64,000 bases of DNA from Octopus vulgaris (GCA_951406725.2 OX597819.1:60636001-60700000); one strand, 5' to 3'. Positions 13,870 through 27,358 are shown, counted from the first letter of the stretch. Translations and numbers: made by a program. The notes: generated by a model not told the origin, from the sequence alone.

Positions 13870-14418
13870 ATTGACTACCATCGATTATTATTCCAACTGT
13901 TTTGTTTTAGCTCTGATGTCTTGTGTCTCTTTTAAGATTTTTGATCCAGTTTATGATTTACAATCAAGTCCACAGATTGGACTTAAGAAAGGATTGTTAT
14001 ACAAACTGGCTAGCTTCTTTAGTTTGATACTTTGCCTTTGTTCTTAGTTCTTCAAGATAATCTAGATAGTTCAATTTAGAGTTCTTTGTGGTTTTATACT
14101 AAGTTAATCTCCATTCGTTGTGACTCACTGCTGTTTTTAAAAATGTTTTTTGGGGTATCCTTGTAACTTATTGATTTAGCTTTGCACTTCTTGTAGCTTA
14201 GCTGTAATCTTCATGTGCTTCTCCTTCCATCATGGAGCTAGCTATATATAATGACTTTGGGAATTCTGTTGTCATTCATTCTGATTACATGACCAATTCA
14301 TTTTATTTGGGATTGCAAAAGAAAGGATTCAATACCACATATTTTACATTTACAGAATAGGTCAAGACCCAAAATTCTTTTATTCAGGGTGTATCTGCAA
14401 ATGATCTGAAGACATTAC
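13870..14418 (-). mobile_element. RTE-clade LINE 3' fragment, decayed
   Basis: Minus strand LQSQIK*IGHVIRMNDNRIPKVIIYS*LHDGRR resembles the RTE C-terminus QLRW.GHV.RM.D.RIPK..LYGEL..G.R; PICGLDCKS further 3'. Confidence 0.75.
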
Positions 14419-14433
14419 CTATATATGCATTTG

Positions 14434-14459
<26 letters not shown>

Positions 14460-14464
<5 letters not shown>

Positions 14465-14642
14465 TCGGGGTGAGTACTTGATAATTATAAGCACCTTGTG
14501 GAAGCTGTTGTGCGCGGCTGGAAGCTGTTGTGTGCGGCTGAAGAAGGCCACAGACATACATTATGCATTGTTATAAATCTGTCTAATAAAGGCCCGAAAC
14601 ATATGTACCGCTGAATCCTTGGCATCATGTTTTTATTTTGAT

Positions 14643-14644
<2 letters not shown>
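14460..14644 (+). mobile_element. Short Penelope-type terminal-repeat remnant inserted in (TA)n
   Basis: Unique 185-bp segment flanked by (TA)n on both sides; contains the hammerhead and a 20-bp tandem duplication (14501-14540). Confidence 0.55.
14534..14611 (+). ncRNA. Type I hammerhead ribozyme motif with palindromic stem III, near intact
   Basis: stem I gcgg/ccgc, core CTGAAGA (14538-14544), stem II aggcc...ggccc, GAAA (14596-14599), palindrome ACATATGT, GTA triplet 14605-14607. Confidence 0.7.
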
Positions 14645-14688
<44 letters not shown>

Positions 14689-14780
14689 ATATGTATGTGT
14701 TTTATATATATTTATTTGTGTGTGCATGTATTATGTACACATACATACACACACACATAAATATGTGTGTGTGTGTGTGC

Positions 14781-14840
<60 letters not shown>

Positions 14841-15294
14841 TAAAATCTTAGGGTAGCAAGAATATTCATCGAAAAATTCTTAGTTACCAGTGGTCTAGCG
14901 AGAAAGAAAAAATTAGTCAATAGACTATATATTATTCAAAGAAGAATACAATGTACGTTCAAACACAAAAGAGATACCCGAAGAATAGGATATCTGGTAA
15001 AGGTTTTTATTTTCCAATCACTTTTGGAATTACAACAATTGGTGGCTTGGAGTTTTAACTGCTCTTTCTAGCAAGTCAGATATCCTATTCTTCGGGTATC
15101 TCTTTTGTGTTTGAACGTACACTGTATTCTTCTCTGAATTATATATATATATATATTCAACTTACTACTAGGCATGTCTCCCTTTAATGCAACTTTATCC
15201 AAAATGTCACTTTTCAGATGAAATTACCTTTATAAAAATATTGACACTCAGCCTATATCTTTTACGTTTCTTTTTTCATTTTTATATATCTATA

Positions 15295-15339
<45 letters not shown>

Positions 15340-15553
15340 ATGTAAGTATGTATGTATGCTGTGGTTAGCCTTTCACTGAAACTTAACTGAGAACTAATAC
15401 AGTATCCACCTGGATATTATATCTCACCCCCAAACTCACATATTACACACACACACACACATACATATGTATGTATTACATATATTATTACACATGCATA
15501 TATCACACATATATTATTACATACACGTACACACACACACAAACACATATGTA

Positions 15554-15758
15554 TTACTCTTTTACTTGTTTCAGTCATTTGACTGTGTCCATGCTGGAGC
15601 ACCGCCTATAGTCGTGCAAATCAACCCCAGGACTTATTCTTTGTAAACCTAGTACTTATTCTATCGGTCTCTTTTGCCGAACTGTTACAAGGACGTAAAC
15701 ACACCAGCATCGGTTGTCAAGTGATGTTGGTGGGACAAATACAGACACACAAACATAT

Positions 15759-15843
<85 letters not shown>

Positions 15844-16010
15844 TACGACAGGCTTCTTTTCAGTTTCCGTCTACCAAATCCACTCACAAGGCTTTGGTCG
15901 GCCCGAGGCTATAGTAGAAGACATTTGCCCAAGGTACCATGCAGTGGGACTGAACCCGGAACCATGTGGTTGGTAAGCAAGCTACTTACCACACATCCAC
16001 TTATGCGCCT
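15554..16010 (-). mobile_element. SINE family A, full length
   Basis: Reverse complement of consensus; long internal (TA)n; another copy at 16360-16676. Confidence 0.85.
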
Positions 16011-16719
16011 TATATATTACATATATATCATCATCATCATCGTTTAACGTCCGCTTTCCATGCTAGCATGGGTTGGACGATTTGACTGAGGTCTGGCGAA
16101 ACAGATGACTGCACCAGACTCCAATCTGATCTGACAGAGTTTCTACAGCTGTATGCCCTTCCTAACGCCAACCACTCCGTATAAGTCCAACAGCTGTTGG
16201 ACCTATAACGCCTTTTTTCTTCCCCTTTAATTTTCCCTGTTATTTGTACTCAGTGTAAGTTAGACCTATTAACATATATATATTTACATATTTATACATA
16301 AAAATTCATCATCTGAAAATGTCCACCTTTTGCTTCCTCTCGTTTTGCATGTTTACATTCTTTTGTAAACCTAGTTACTTATTCAATCAGTCTCTTTTGC
16401 AGAACCTTGAACTTACAGGGACGTAAACACACCAACATCGGTTGTCAGACGATGGGGGAGGGACAAACACAGACACACAAACGTACACATATGCACATAT
16501 ATATATATATATATATACATACGATGGGCTTCTTTCAGTTTCCATCTACCAAATCTACTCAGAAGGCTTTGGCTAGCCTGAGGCTATAGTAGAAGACACT
16601 TGCCCAAGGTGCCATGCAGTGGAACTGAACCCAGAACCATGTGGTTGGGAAGCAAGCTTCTTATCACACAGCCACTCTTATATACATATTTTGTGTTTGA
16701 TGTATTTGTGTGTGTGAGT

Positions 16720-16772
<53 letters not shown>

Positions 16773-17183
16773 GTTATATATATGCATATATATACAAATA
16801 TATGCTTTTTTCATGCTAACTACTTCAGACAGACTGCCCAATATTGTATGGCATGTATGTATCTATCTTTCTGTCTATCTATTGCTCTATCTCTGTTTCA
16901 CACATATTTTTAGACTATTCTTAAAAATCATCTGTAAAAACCATCCTGCTAAACAATCCTATTCAATCCCAATCTTCTTCCTTGTAATAAAAAAAAAATT
17001 TCACACCCTCACTTCTCCCACATGAACTACCACATGACTCAAATATACACCTTCAATCAATTGAAAATGAATAAGCTTCCTTCGCTTTGACTCTCACAAT
17101 CTCATGATTTTCCTGACTGAGATGAAACTGGGCAATCAATATGAAATGCGGATATCATCATCATTTAACATCAATCTTCCAAG

Positions 17184-17231
<48 letters not shown>

Positions 17232-17251
17232 TATATATATGTATGTATGTA

Positions 17252-17331
<80 letters not shown>

Positions 17332-17509
17332 TATATATGTGTGTGTACGTCCCCGTCACTTAGCGGTTCGGCAAAAGAGACCGATAGAATAAGTACTGGG
17401 CTTACAAAGAATAAGTCCCGGGGTATATTTGCTCGACTAAAGGTGGTGCTCCAGCATGGCCGCAGTCAAATGACTGAAACAAGTAAAAGAGTAAAAGTGA
17501 GAGAGAGAG

Positions 17510-17544
<35 letters not shown>

Positions 17545-17619
17545 TAGATATGTATATAGGCATAGAAGCTGGATGTTAAATGATGATGATTAATACACAC
17601 ACACGTGCGTGCGCGCATG

Positions 17620-17651
<32 letters not shown>

Positions 17652-19212
17652 GAGAAAGAGGGAGAGGGAGAGAGAAACAATTTAACATTAAGCTATTGGA
17701 TTACTCAGTAAGCAAGCTGTAACTTCAAAGTTCAATGTCAACCTTTACCTTGTAAAAATGAATACAGAGAAACGTACATGCACACACACACAGACGCACA
17801 CGCACGTGTGTGTGCATGTATAATTCTGTTTATGATTTAATGTAGTGGAAAGAACAGTCTAGTAGCACCAGCCGGTTTGCAACCTGTAGACTTTGACAGT
17901 TTAGTGACATCAGTTAAGGATGGGAAAGCATATGTACCTACGGTTCCATGTGGTTAAGTAAAACTATCTGATGGCATTAGGTTACATACATACCCAGTAC
18001 ATTAGTAACATCACAGGGAAGTGCATTGGTATACTGGATTAGTTTAATGGGTGGTGTGTCATGCATAGTTGTGTGTGATGTATTTTTATCTGGGAAGGCC
18101 ACACCAGGGGTACATGGAAATAAGATAATTTCCTCTCTAGGCAAACAGTAATAATATGTAGGCTAACTAGAATTAAGGTGGTCTTTATGGAGTGTCAGTG
18201 GCCAATGTTTTGAAGTTCATTACCAAGGTGTTTGTTTAGTAACAACATTACAATTGGTCAATTGGTCAGTTTTCTCGTTGATGGATACTATAAGCTATTG
18301 TGGTGAATGTAATTTCTTGTGGAAGTAGGGTTGTCAGTTAGAAGCCGCAGGAGAATAAGGAGGGGCCTCTACCCCTGTCAAAGATGATCCTTATCGTGTT
18401 GGTTCTGAATTTACTAGATAAAACAAGATAAAAAGGTAAAATTTGACCCTGCTCCTGAAGGAGTACACATGTTCCCTTAAAACTATGTTCCCTTAAAACA
18501 TAGTCAGGACAGAATCTGCTATATGGATTATCTGTTATAGACAGCATCTGCCAGCAGAGCACAGAGTATGGGTGTGTCAACACTTGTAAATGTCTATTTG
18601 TTTAAATTATGTAAAATTTGTCATACTTAATGAGGATAGGTAGATGCTTCCGCCAGATGTCTTACATATGTTTTAATGTCATAACTATATTTGTATTTAT
18701 TTGTTATCATCAGTATTTTTTTTTATTTAATATCTAAGCTGTTCACTCATTCAGAAATTTCATTTTCACAGTTATAAATAATATTCCTATCATTAACCTA
18801 ATTATTTCCCCACACATTTTTTTAAAATTAAGATATTTTAAATTGCTGCTGGAATGATAAAATTCTTTGGATGCAATAAATTTAGGCATCTTTAAAGCTT
18901 GGGAAAAGCACATTATTGTTAAGCTATATTTCAGGGAGTGATGGAACCCAATAAGCATTGTTAATGATATTTCTTCAAATTAACTATTTTTATGTTTGTT
19001 TTGCCATTTTATTATTTAAGGTTTTTTTAACTTTTAGTGATATCTTTTAGCTGGGATTTACATTCCATTTATATTCCGTTTACAGTTAGCACAAATTGCA
19101 AACTTTGCAGCCATCTCTTTCGTAGTTCATAATAGATAAAAAGAGATTTGTTACTAGGTTTTTGACTGTTTCACCTCCCCAACTGCAGCACATCTATTAA
19201 TATTAATATTAA

Positions 19213-19518
19213 GTCTCTTTTGCTGAACCACTAAGTTACAGGGACGTAAACACACCAACATCGGTTGTCAAGCAATGGTGGGGGTACAAACACAAACACA
19301 CAAATACATGCATACACAAATGTATACATGTACATATACATATATATATATATGCGACAGGATTCTTTCAGTTTCCATCTACCAAATATACTCATAAGGC
19401 TTTGGTCAGCCCGAGGCTATAGTAGAAGACACTTGCCCACGGTGCCACGCAGTGGGATTGAACCCGAAAATATGTGGTTGGGAAGCAAGCTTCTTACCAC
19501 AGAGCCATTCCTGTGCCT
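19213..19518 (-). mobile_element. SINE family A
   Basis: Reverse complement of consensus head and body. Confidence 0.8.
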
Positions 19519-19557
19519 GTGTGTGAGTGTGTACATGTGTGTGTGTGTGTATACATA

Positions 19558-21157
19558 CAGTGGCGAGCAAAAAAAAAAAAAGGATTAATATTTTTTTTAA
19601 TTTTGGAAAAGCTAGTAAACATACAAATTTGCAATTGGTTTTGTAAATATGGTTGACCATCAGCTGAATTCTGTGGAAAATCTAAGTTTGCACAATGGCT
19701 TTGATAAAAGTTAATAACACTAGTTTCATCCAAATGTCTCAAATGCAAAAGAAGAGAATGATCAAACCAAAGAATGCTTCAATTAAACTCAAAACCATAA
19801 TAATGATTGAAAGAAATGTAAATATGAACTTAATACAGTTAGTATGATGTTTGTAGACCTTTGTTGGAGATCACCTCTGCACATCGATTACCACAGGACA
19901 TAACACGTTTCCTGCACAAATCAGGTGTTACTTTCTTCCATGCCTCTTCTAATATCTCCCATTAATTCACTGAGTAGTTGGTGCCCTTTGTGTTACTGTT
20001 TCTTCCAAAGGTTCTCAATTGGATTTAAGTCTGGACTTTGTGCTGGCCACTTCATTACTTGGATATTTTATTCACTAAAGAACCTGGTGACACGTTTTGC
20101 AGTATGACAAGGAGCATTATCTTGCATAAAAATGCACAGTTGATTCAGAAATGCACATAATGATGGGATTACATGCTGTTTAACCAGATTCAAATAGGTT
20201 TAAGCATTAATAGTCCCTTTAATATGCACTAGAACACCAACTCCTTCAGAAAAAAATAATTTCCCACACCATGATGCTTCATATTCCAAACTTGGCAGAT
20301 TTCTTCAGACACTTGGATTTTAGCCGATCTCCTGTGAAGTGCCTAACATACTGTCTACCATCTGAACCTACTAAATTGAATTTGCTTTCATCCCTAAAAT
20401 GAACTTTTGACCAATTTTGATCCCCCCAGTTCACATGAGCTTCTGCAAATAAAAGACTTTCCCATTTGTTCTTCTTGCTGATTGTAGGTTTCATTGCCGG
20501 GGAACAAATCTTTAATCCAAATTCCTTCAGACGACGAGACACTGTAAAGCGGCTCACTTCTGTACCATTATTTACTTTTATTTTCTTAGAAATTCCAGCC
20601 ACAGTCTCAAAAGGATCATTCGATATGTACCATTTCATAGCTCAATCATCTCACATGGTGGCTTTGTGTGGTTTACCAGTTGCCTTTTTTGGTTCAAAAC
20701 CTTTAGCCTCTTCCTAGAGCTTAAGAACATGGGAAACTACACTCTTAGATCTCCTTACACCTCGTGAAGTAGCCAAGAGAGTCATCCTGAAATTTCATCA
20801 TGACAATTTCCTTTCGGAGGTCGGGAGTAACTTAAGCGTGGTGTGCCATGTTTGGAAACTAGCACAATACCAAGACAGTAGTAACGTTGAGCCTGCAAAT
20901 GTAAAAATGTTTGAAATTTCCAGAAATTTTTGAAGGAATCTAATTGATCTCTTATTTTGCACATGAGACATTTGGCCGAAACTAGTATTATTGACTTTTA
21001 TTAAGACCATTGTACAAACTTAGATTTTTCAAAGAATTTAGCTGATGGCTAACCATGTTTATGAAACCAATTACGAATTTACGAATTTGTACATTCACTA
21101 GCTTTTCCGACATTTAAAAAGATATTAATCATATTGTCTTTTTTTTGCTCACTACTG
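19558..21157 (-). mobile_element. Full-length (1.6 kb) Tc1-family DNA transposon with about 200-bp terminal inverted repeats
   Basis: TA|CAGTGGCGAGCAAAA at left and TTTTGCTCACTACTG|TA at right; arms about 19558-19757 and 20948-21157 are reverse complements; TA target duplication. Confidence 0.93.
19840..20849 (-). pseudogene. Tc1 DD34E transposase, inactivated by stops and frameshifts
   Basis: Motifs TVSRRLKEFGL, WSKVHFRDESKFNLVGSDG, FMQDNAPCHTAK, WPAQSPDLNPIENLW; 34 residues between second D and E; in-frame stops. Confidence 0.92.
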
Positions 21158-21271
21158 TATATATGAAAATGTGTGTTTGTGTGTGCGTGTGTGTATATAT
21201 GTTTATATGTATGTGTGTATATGTATATGTGTGTGTATGTATATATGTATATATGTATATATGTATGTGTG

Positions 21272-21308
<37 letters not shown>

Positions 21309-23367
21309 GCTAAATGAATGATGATGATGATGATGATATAGATGTATATATATATTGATAGATACATACATAAATACTTACATATGTATGGATATATGTA
21401 TGTGTTTGTGTAAATATGTATTTTATATATAGGGGCCGTATGAAATTAATTGGCATAGATAATTGTTGCTGTGAAGATCTGCTTCTATCAGGTCAAAACA
21501 GTTCAATGGCATCAAGCCAGGAAGCTAATTATATTGAAATCATGTCTAAATATTAGATATTGATAATAATCATTGACAATTGTGTTGATTCAGCCAATAA
21601 TAAAAGTCATAAGCTCTCCGAATATAATTAGTCTTTTTACATGAATGAACGCTATCATCATTATCAGCCTTTTCATTGATTGTTTTGGCTTTATAAACAT
21701 CCTTACACGCTAGCATGGATTGGCTGCATCTGCAATAAAGCATTCTTGCACACACCTGAATTGTCTTACCATTCCTTATGTTAATGTTCATTCATTGCTC
21801 TCATATTCATCACCTCACCACCACTTCTGTTTTATTTTCAAGTTAACTTTTTGATCTACTTATAGTATGGATGTCTTTTCAGTATCCATATGCAATGCCT
21901 GATCATACCAATAAAAGGATCTCTTTTGCATACACCTATCATCATCATCACCACCACCACTATCACCATCATCATCATCTCATCACCATATCACCACCAC
22001 CACCACCACTATCATTATCATTATCACCACCACCACCACCACATCATCATCATGATCACCATCACCACCACCATGATTATCATCATCATCACCACCATTT
22101 AGTGTCCATTTTCCATGCTGGCATGGATTGAACAGTTTGATTGGATCTGATAGGTCCAAGGATTGCATCTTACTCAGTGTCTGCTTTGACATGATTCCTA
22201 CAGTTGTATGCTCTTCCTAATTAATTAACCCTAACCCAACCACTTTACAGCACGTAATGTGTGCTTTTCTGGTGCCATGAGCACTATTGTGTTTGCCATG
22301 CAGCAAACATACATATGTATGTAAAACAAGAGTCCCACAAGGTCCATGATTCCACTATTACATGCTTCCACTGTAAATGTGGGTTTTGTGCCAATATCAG
22401 CCTCATAAGCTACCTCAGGACCCACAAAGGGTAAAGCTGTTAATTTCATTATCTTTAAGCACACAAAAGACAAGATATATATATATATATATCATCATCA
22501 TCGTTTAAAGTCCACTTTCCGTGCTAGCATGGGTTGGACGATTTGACTGAGGACTGGCAAACCAGATGGCTGCACCAGACTCCAATCTGATCTTGTAGAG
22601 TTTCTACAGCCAGATGCCCTTCCTAATGCCAACCACTTCGAGAGTGTAGTGGGTGCTTTTACGTGCCAGTAAGGTGATGCTAGTAACGATCACACTTGAA
22701 TGGTGCTTTTTACATGCCACCGGCACAGAAGTCAGTTTGCTACTCTGGTAACGATCACACTTGGATGGTGCAAAAAGCATGAAATACATAAACAAACGAG
22801 GGGAAAACGAGTGAAATATGTAATCAATGAGAAAAAAATGTAATTTGTTTGTTCCCAACTTTGACCTTCCATAAATCCTAAATTTTATTTTAGAATTTAT
22901 GGGAGCAACCGTCTTTGAAGACTCATATTGTCGTTGAATGCTCGAAATGAGGAGTAGCTAGACAGCCGACAACTGATGAAGGGTTCTTTCTCTGTGTTAA
23001 CTTGTCCTGTTTTCCATTTTTCTTCTCGTTGTTTACGTCGTTCACTCGTTTTTCCCTCGTTTGTTTACGTATTTCATGTTATTTGCACTGTTGGTGACGT
23101 CCTGTACCCATATATGTATGTATATGTGTGTATATTGTTTTTTGATGCATAGCAATTTTCTTAGTTTACTTATGTTTAGTTCTTCTTAATTTAGCATCTC
23201 ACACCCATTGGGTCATATTTTCTGTGTTTCTTTCCTATAACTTTAGATCCTCTGCATTTACAGCCCATATACAACTGCATGCATTCCATTCTTTCCTCTT
23301 ATAATCTGTTCTTTGCTTGGGAGAGAAAAACACTTCATTTCCAACAAGGGTAGAACTTCATCTAAAG

Positions 23368-23621
23368 CAGTGGTTCTCAACCATATTTTGCCCATGGGCC
23401 CATTTGTTTCTTATTTTACTCTACTGGACCTTGATAGCTATTAGATGTTTAACAATATCCGGTTATATTTTTGTAATTAAATATTATTAAAAATTGTATA
23501 AAAAGCATTGATAAAATATTTTGTTTTGTAGAAGTATAACCAATTTATTGCAGATAAATTTTAATAACAAGACCTTATATAAACCCCTAAGGGTCATATG
23601 GACCCCCATTGAGAACCACTG
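23368..23621. mobile_element. hAT-type MITE
   Basis: CAGTGGTTCTCAA...TTGAGAACCACTG termini; same body as 6543-6804. Confidence 0.8.
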
Positions 23622-23654
23622 GTTTAAACTTTCTATCTTCTCTCTTTAACTTAT

Positions 23655-23870
23655 CTCTTTATTGCCCACAAGGGGCTAAACATAGTGGGGACAAACAAGG
23701 ACAGACAAACGGATTAAGTCGATTATATCGGCCCCAGTGCGTAACTGGTACTTAATTTATTGACCCTGGAAAGATGAAAGGCAAAGTCGACCTCGGCGGA
23801 ATTTGAACTTAGAACGTTACGGCTATGCGTTTTGCCCAGCGTGCTAACATTTCTGCCAGCTCACTACCTC
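23655..23870 (-). mobile_element. tRNA-derived SINE family C (Nin/Deu-like domain)
   Basis: Head GAGCTGGCAGAA..GTTAGCAC, GTTCAAATTCCGCCGAGGTCGACTTTGCCTTTCATC, central GGGTC.ATAAATTAAGTACCAG; other copies about 24895-25115, 36965-37330, 40228-40430, 50470-50700, 53980-54190. Confidence 0.8.
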
Positions 23871-26356
23871 TCTTTAACTTGGGCCATAATGTTACTTTAG
23901 TCTTCACAATTCCAACATCAATTACATCACTTTACAGAAGTTGCCTGCTATTTCTAGTAAGCCTTCTGTTAAGTCCATAGTTTTGACTTTTTGATTTATT
24001 TAAGTTAAGTGTAATTAAACTTGATTAGTTGAGAATCCATGAAAGCTTTGACCATACATTCTGAGTATTTATTGTTTGCATTGATGACACAACAACAAGT
24101 CTTTTACTTTTGTAATGTGATTCAGTGCAATTAAAGGACATAAATACTTCCATTAACTCCAAAGCACTTTTAATTAAAGGTTATTGTTTAGCTCCAATCT
24201 CAACGTATTAAGTGGATGAAGGAGATAAAACTCCTGGACAAGATGTCAGTTTGTTTCTTGATTACATTTCCTAATGATTCATTTCTTTTTCTCAGCAGGT
24301 AAATGAAAAGATATTTCAGAATTAATCTTTTATTTTTAACCATATTTCTGTGCAAATACACTGTTTTCATTTTAATTGGTGTCTGCAACATAATTTAGCA
24401 TGAAATTTTTTAATCATCATCATCATCATTGTTTAATGTTCGCTTTCCATGCTAGCATGGGTTGGACGATTTGACTGAGGTCTGGTAAACCAGATGGCTG
24501 CACCAGGCTCTAATCTGATCTGACAGAGTTTCTACAGCTGGATGCCCTTCCTAATGCCAACCACTCCGAGAGCGTAGTAGGTGCTTTTACGTGCCACCGG
24601 CACAAGGGCCAGTCAGGCGGTACTGGCAATGGCCATGCTCAAATGGTGCTTTTTATGTGCCATCTGCGCAGGAACCAGTCCAGCGGTACTGGCAATGACC
24701 TCGCTTGAATGTTTTTTCACGTACCTCCAACACAAGGAGGTTTTAATTTAAATCAGTTTTGAAAAAAGCAAGTTTGTATCACGGAATCAGTGGTAGGCTT
24801 TTGTTTAGCTCTAACTTCAAGGTTTTAAGTGGGTGGAGATAACCCCTCTGGACAAGATGTCAGTTAATTAATTTTGAAAATTACACCCCCAAAAAATTAG
24901 TAAAATAATTTTGTCATTATTAAAATCGTTAACATGCTGGACAAAATGCTTAGCAGTATTTCATCCATCTTTACATTCTGAGTTCCAGTTCTATTGAGGT
25001 TGACTTTCCCTTTCACCTTTTTAAGGTCCAGTTGAGTACTGGGGTTGATGTAATCAACTAGACCCCCCCCCTCCGAAAATTCCACGCCTTATGCCTATAG
25101 TAGAAACGATTATTATGGTGGTGTTTGAAACACAATTTAACATAAAATTTTCAATGGTAGGTTTTAATTTGGATCACTTTAAATAAAGCAAGTTTATATC
25201 ATGGAATCAGTGATAATCTCAGGCAGATTGGTAATACAAAAGGGTTAAATGTCCCTTTTAAATACACAACAAAATACCTGTTGTGGCTTTGTACTGAAGG
25301 CCTTAAAGAAATTAGTTTAATATTGTATCATTTCATTTTTACCAAAGGATGAATAAATGGGCTAAAGTTAAACCTAAAAGAAAATTCATATAAAGTCACA
25401 TGTTTATTCTTTCTAGTCATGTGACTATGGCCATGCCTGGGCACTGCACCCCTGGAGGTTTGGTCAAAGAAATCACCTCTTATTGTGCTTATTTTTAAGT
25501 CTTGTGCTTACTCTATTGGTCTGTTTTGCTGAACCACATGTTACGGGGATGTAAACAAACCAACATTAGTTGTCAAACAGCAGTGGTGGGAGACTAAATA
25601 CAGCACACACACACATTAGGGGCTTTCTCATGGTCTCCATTTATCAAATTCACTCAACAGGCATTGGTTGGTTTGGAGCTATAGTAAAAGACACTTGTCC
25701 AAGGGGCAACACACTGAGACTGAACTTGGAACCTTGTGATTGCAAAGTGAACATCTTAACCACGCAGCCATGACTACACCTAAACTGAATGCCAAATCTT
25801 GAATGATTTTTTTCTTTTCTTTTCCCCTTTTGGTATGAAGTTTTAAATAGAAGTCTATTAAAATACCTCATTGATCATATTGCAGACTGGAAAATATGTT
25901 AATCACAATTGGTATAAATTAAAATATATATATATATTAATATTGGTCACTTAATATAGTTTGATAATAATTAAAATACAGAATGAATGGTTTAGCAATC
26001 AGTACATAGAAAATAAAATATAACATATGGTGCACTTGTAGATTAATAATAATATTTTTCAGTTTTGACTTATGTCTTCAATAAAGTTATTGGCTGGATG
26101 ATGTTGCATTGCCTTAACAACTGGTTCCAACCTTAGAGCTACGATTCATCAATATATTTCTATGGAAAGTACATGTCGTAATATGGAAATAAGTAATAAT
26201 TTCTTTTTACTTTATGTTTTACTTACTATATATAGAAGACGGTTTAGTCAAGCAATTTGTGTGATGGTGGGAAGAAATGGTGCAATCAAGATAGAATTGG
26301 AAGCGCATTATGATCAGCTGGGTATAAGAACGTCTGATGTTCTGGGTGATACTGTG

Positions 26357-26406
<50 letters not shown>

Positions 26407-26416
26407 TTATATATAT

Positions 26417-26553
26417 AGGGAGAGTTTACGAAAAAAACAAAAGACGAAGACATGGTGTACAAAACAAACAGATGTATTAGTATAACGCTCAGGAATAGAA
26501 AAAGTCTTTTACGTTTCGAGCCTACACTCTTCTACAGAAAGAGACACAGAAAA
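26417..26553 (-). mobile_element. Penelope-type terminal repeat fragment in (TA)n; same family as 12400-12572
   Basis: Shares ggctcgaaacgtaaaagac and ctaatacatctgtttg with the + strand copy at 12400-12572; flanked by (TA)n. Confidence 0.6.
26505..26542 (-). ncRNA. Minimal hammerhead-like motif with variant core CUGUAGA
   Basis: Minus strand: tcttt CTGTAGA a gagt gtag gctc GAAA CGTA aaaga; stems I and II pair, stem III is the palindrome ACGT. Confidence 0.5.
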
Positions 26554-26607
26554 TATATATATATCACAGTATCAGTTTATATATATATATATGTATATAT
26601 ATATATG

Positions 26608-26703
<96 letters not shown>

Positions 26704-26888
26704 AAGGGAGGGAGGGAGAGAGCAAGATTTGATATATAAACATGACAGAATAAATTTAATTGATTTAATTTAAATCAATTATGTATCACTATTATGTAAT
26801 TTTATTGTGTTTATCTTAATGAAACAGCTGTTGACCGCAGTTAAAGTATGAATATATGCTTTTATGGTATCTATCAATCTGTCTAGCA

Positions 26889-26934
<46 letters not shown>

Positions 26935-27172
26935 GGAAAATGAACAACACAACCAAGACAGGATGAGTATCTGAGGTCATTTAGAATATCTAAATACTCA
27001 TCCTGCCTTGGTTTTGTTCTTCATTTTCTTATATATACCTGCTAACTCTGAAGCCTACTACAGATCCCTAGCTCCAGCCTCACCTGTGAACTTGGAACCT
27101 AACAGATAACCAGTTATAGCACTTACACAATGTACCTATTTGTTTAGATCACCAGTGAAGTAAACCCCTCAC

Positions 27173-27177
<5 letters not shown>

Positions 27178-27245
<68 letters not shown>

Positions 27246-27270
27246 GTGTATATATATATATTTATATATA

Positions 27271-27334
<64 letters not shown>

Positions 27335-27358
27335 CGTGTGTATATATATATATGTATG

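Noticed and set aside
17820-18560. Possible Penelope endonuclease or terminal remnant on the minus strand
   Set aside because: No convincing GIY-YIG motif could be read; too decayed to call
24280-24306. Polypyrimidine-CAG-CAG-GTAAAT as a micro-exon
   Set aside because: No coding support and adjacent to MITE-like sequence; such motifs arise by chance in AT-rich DNA
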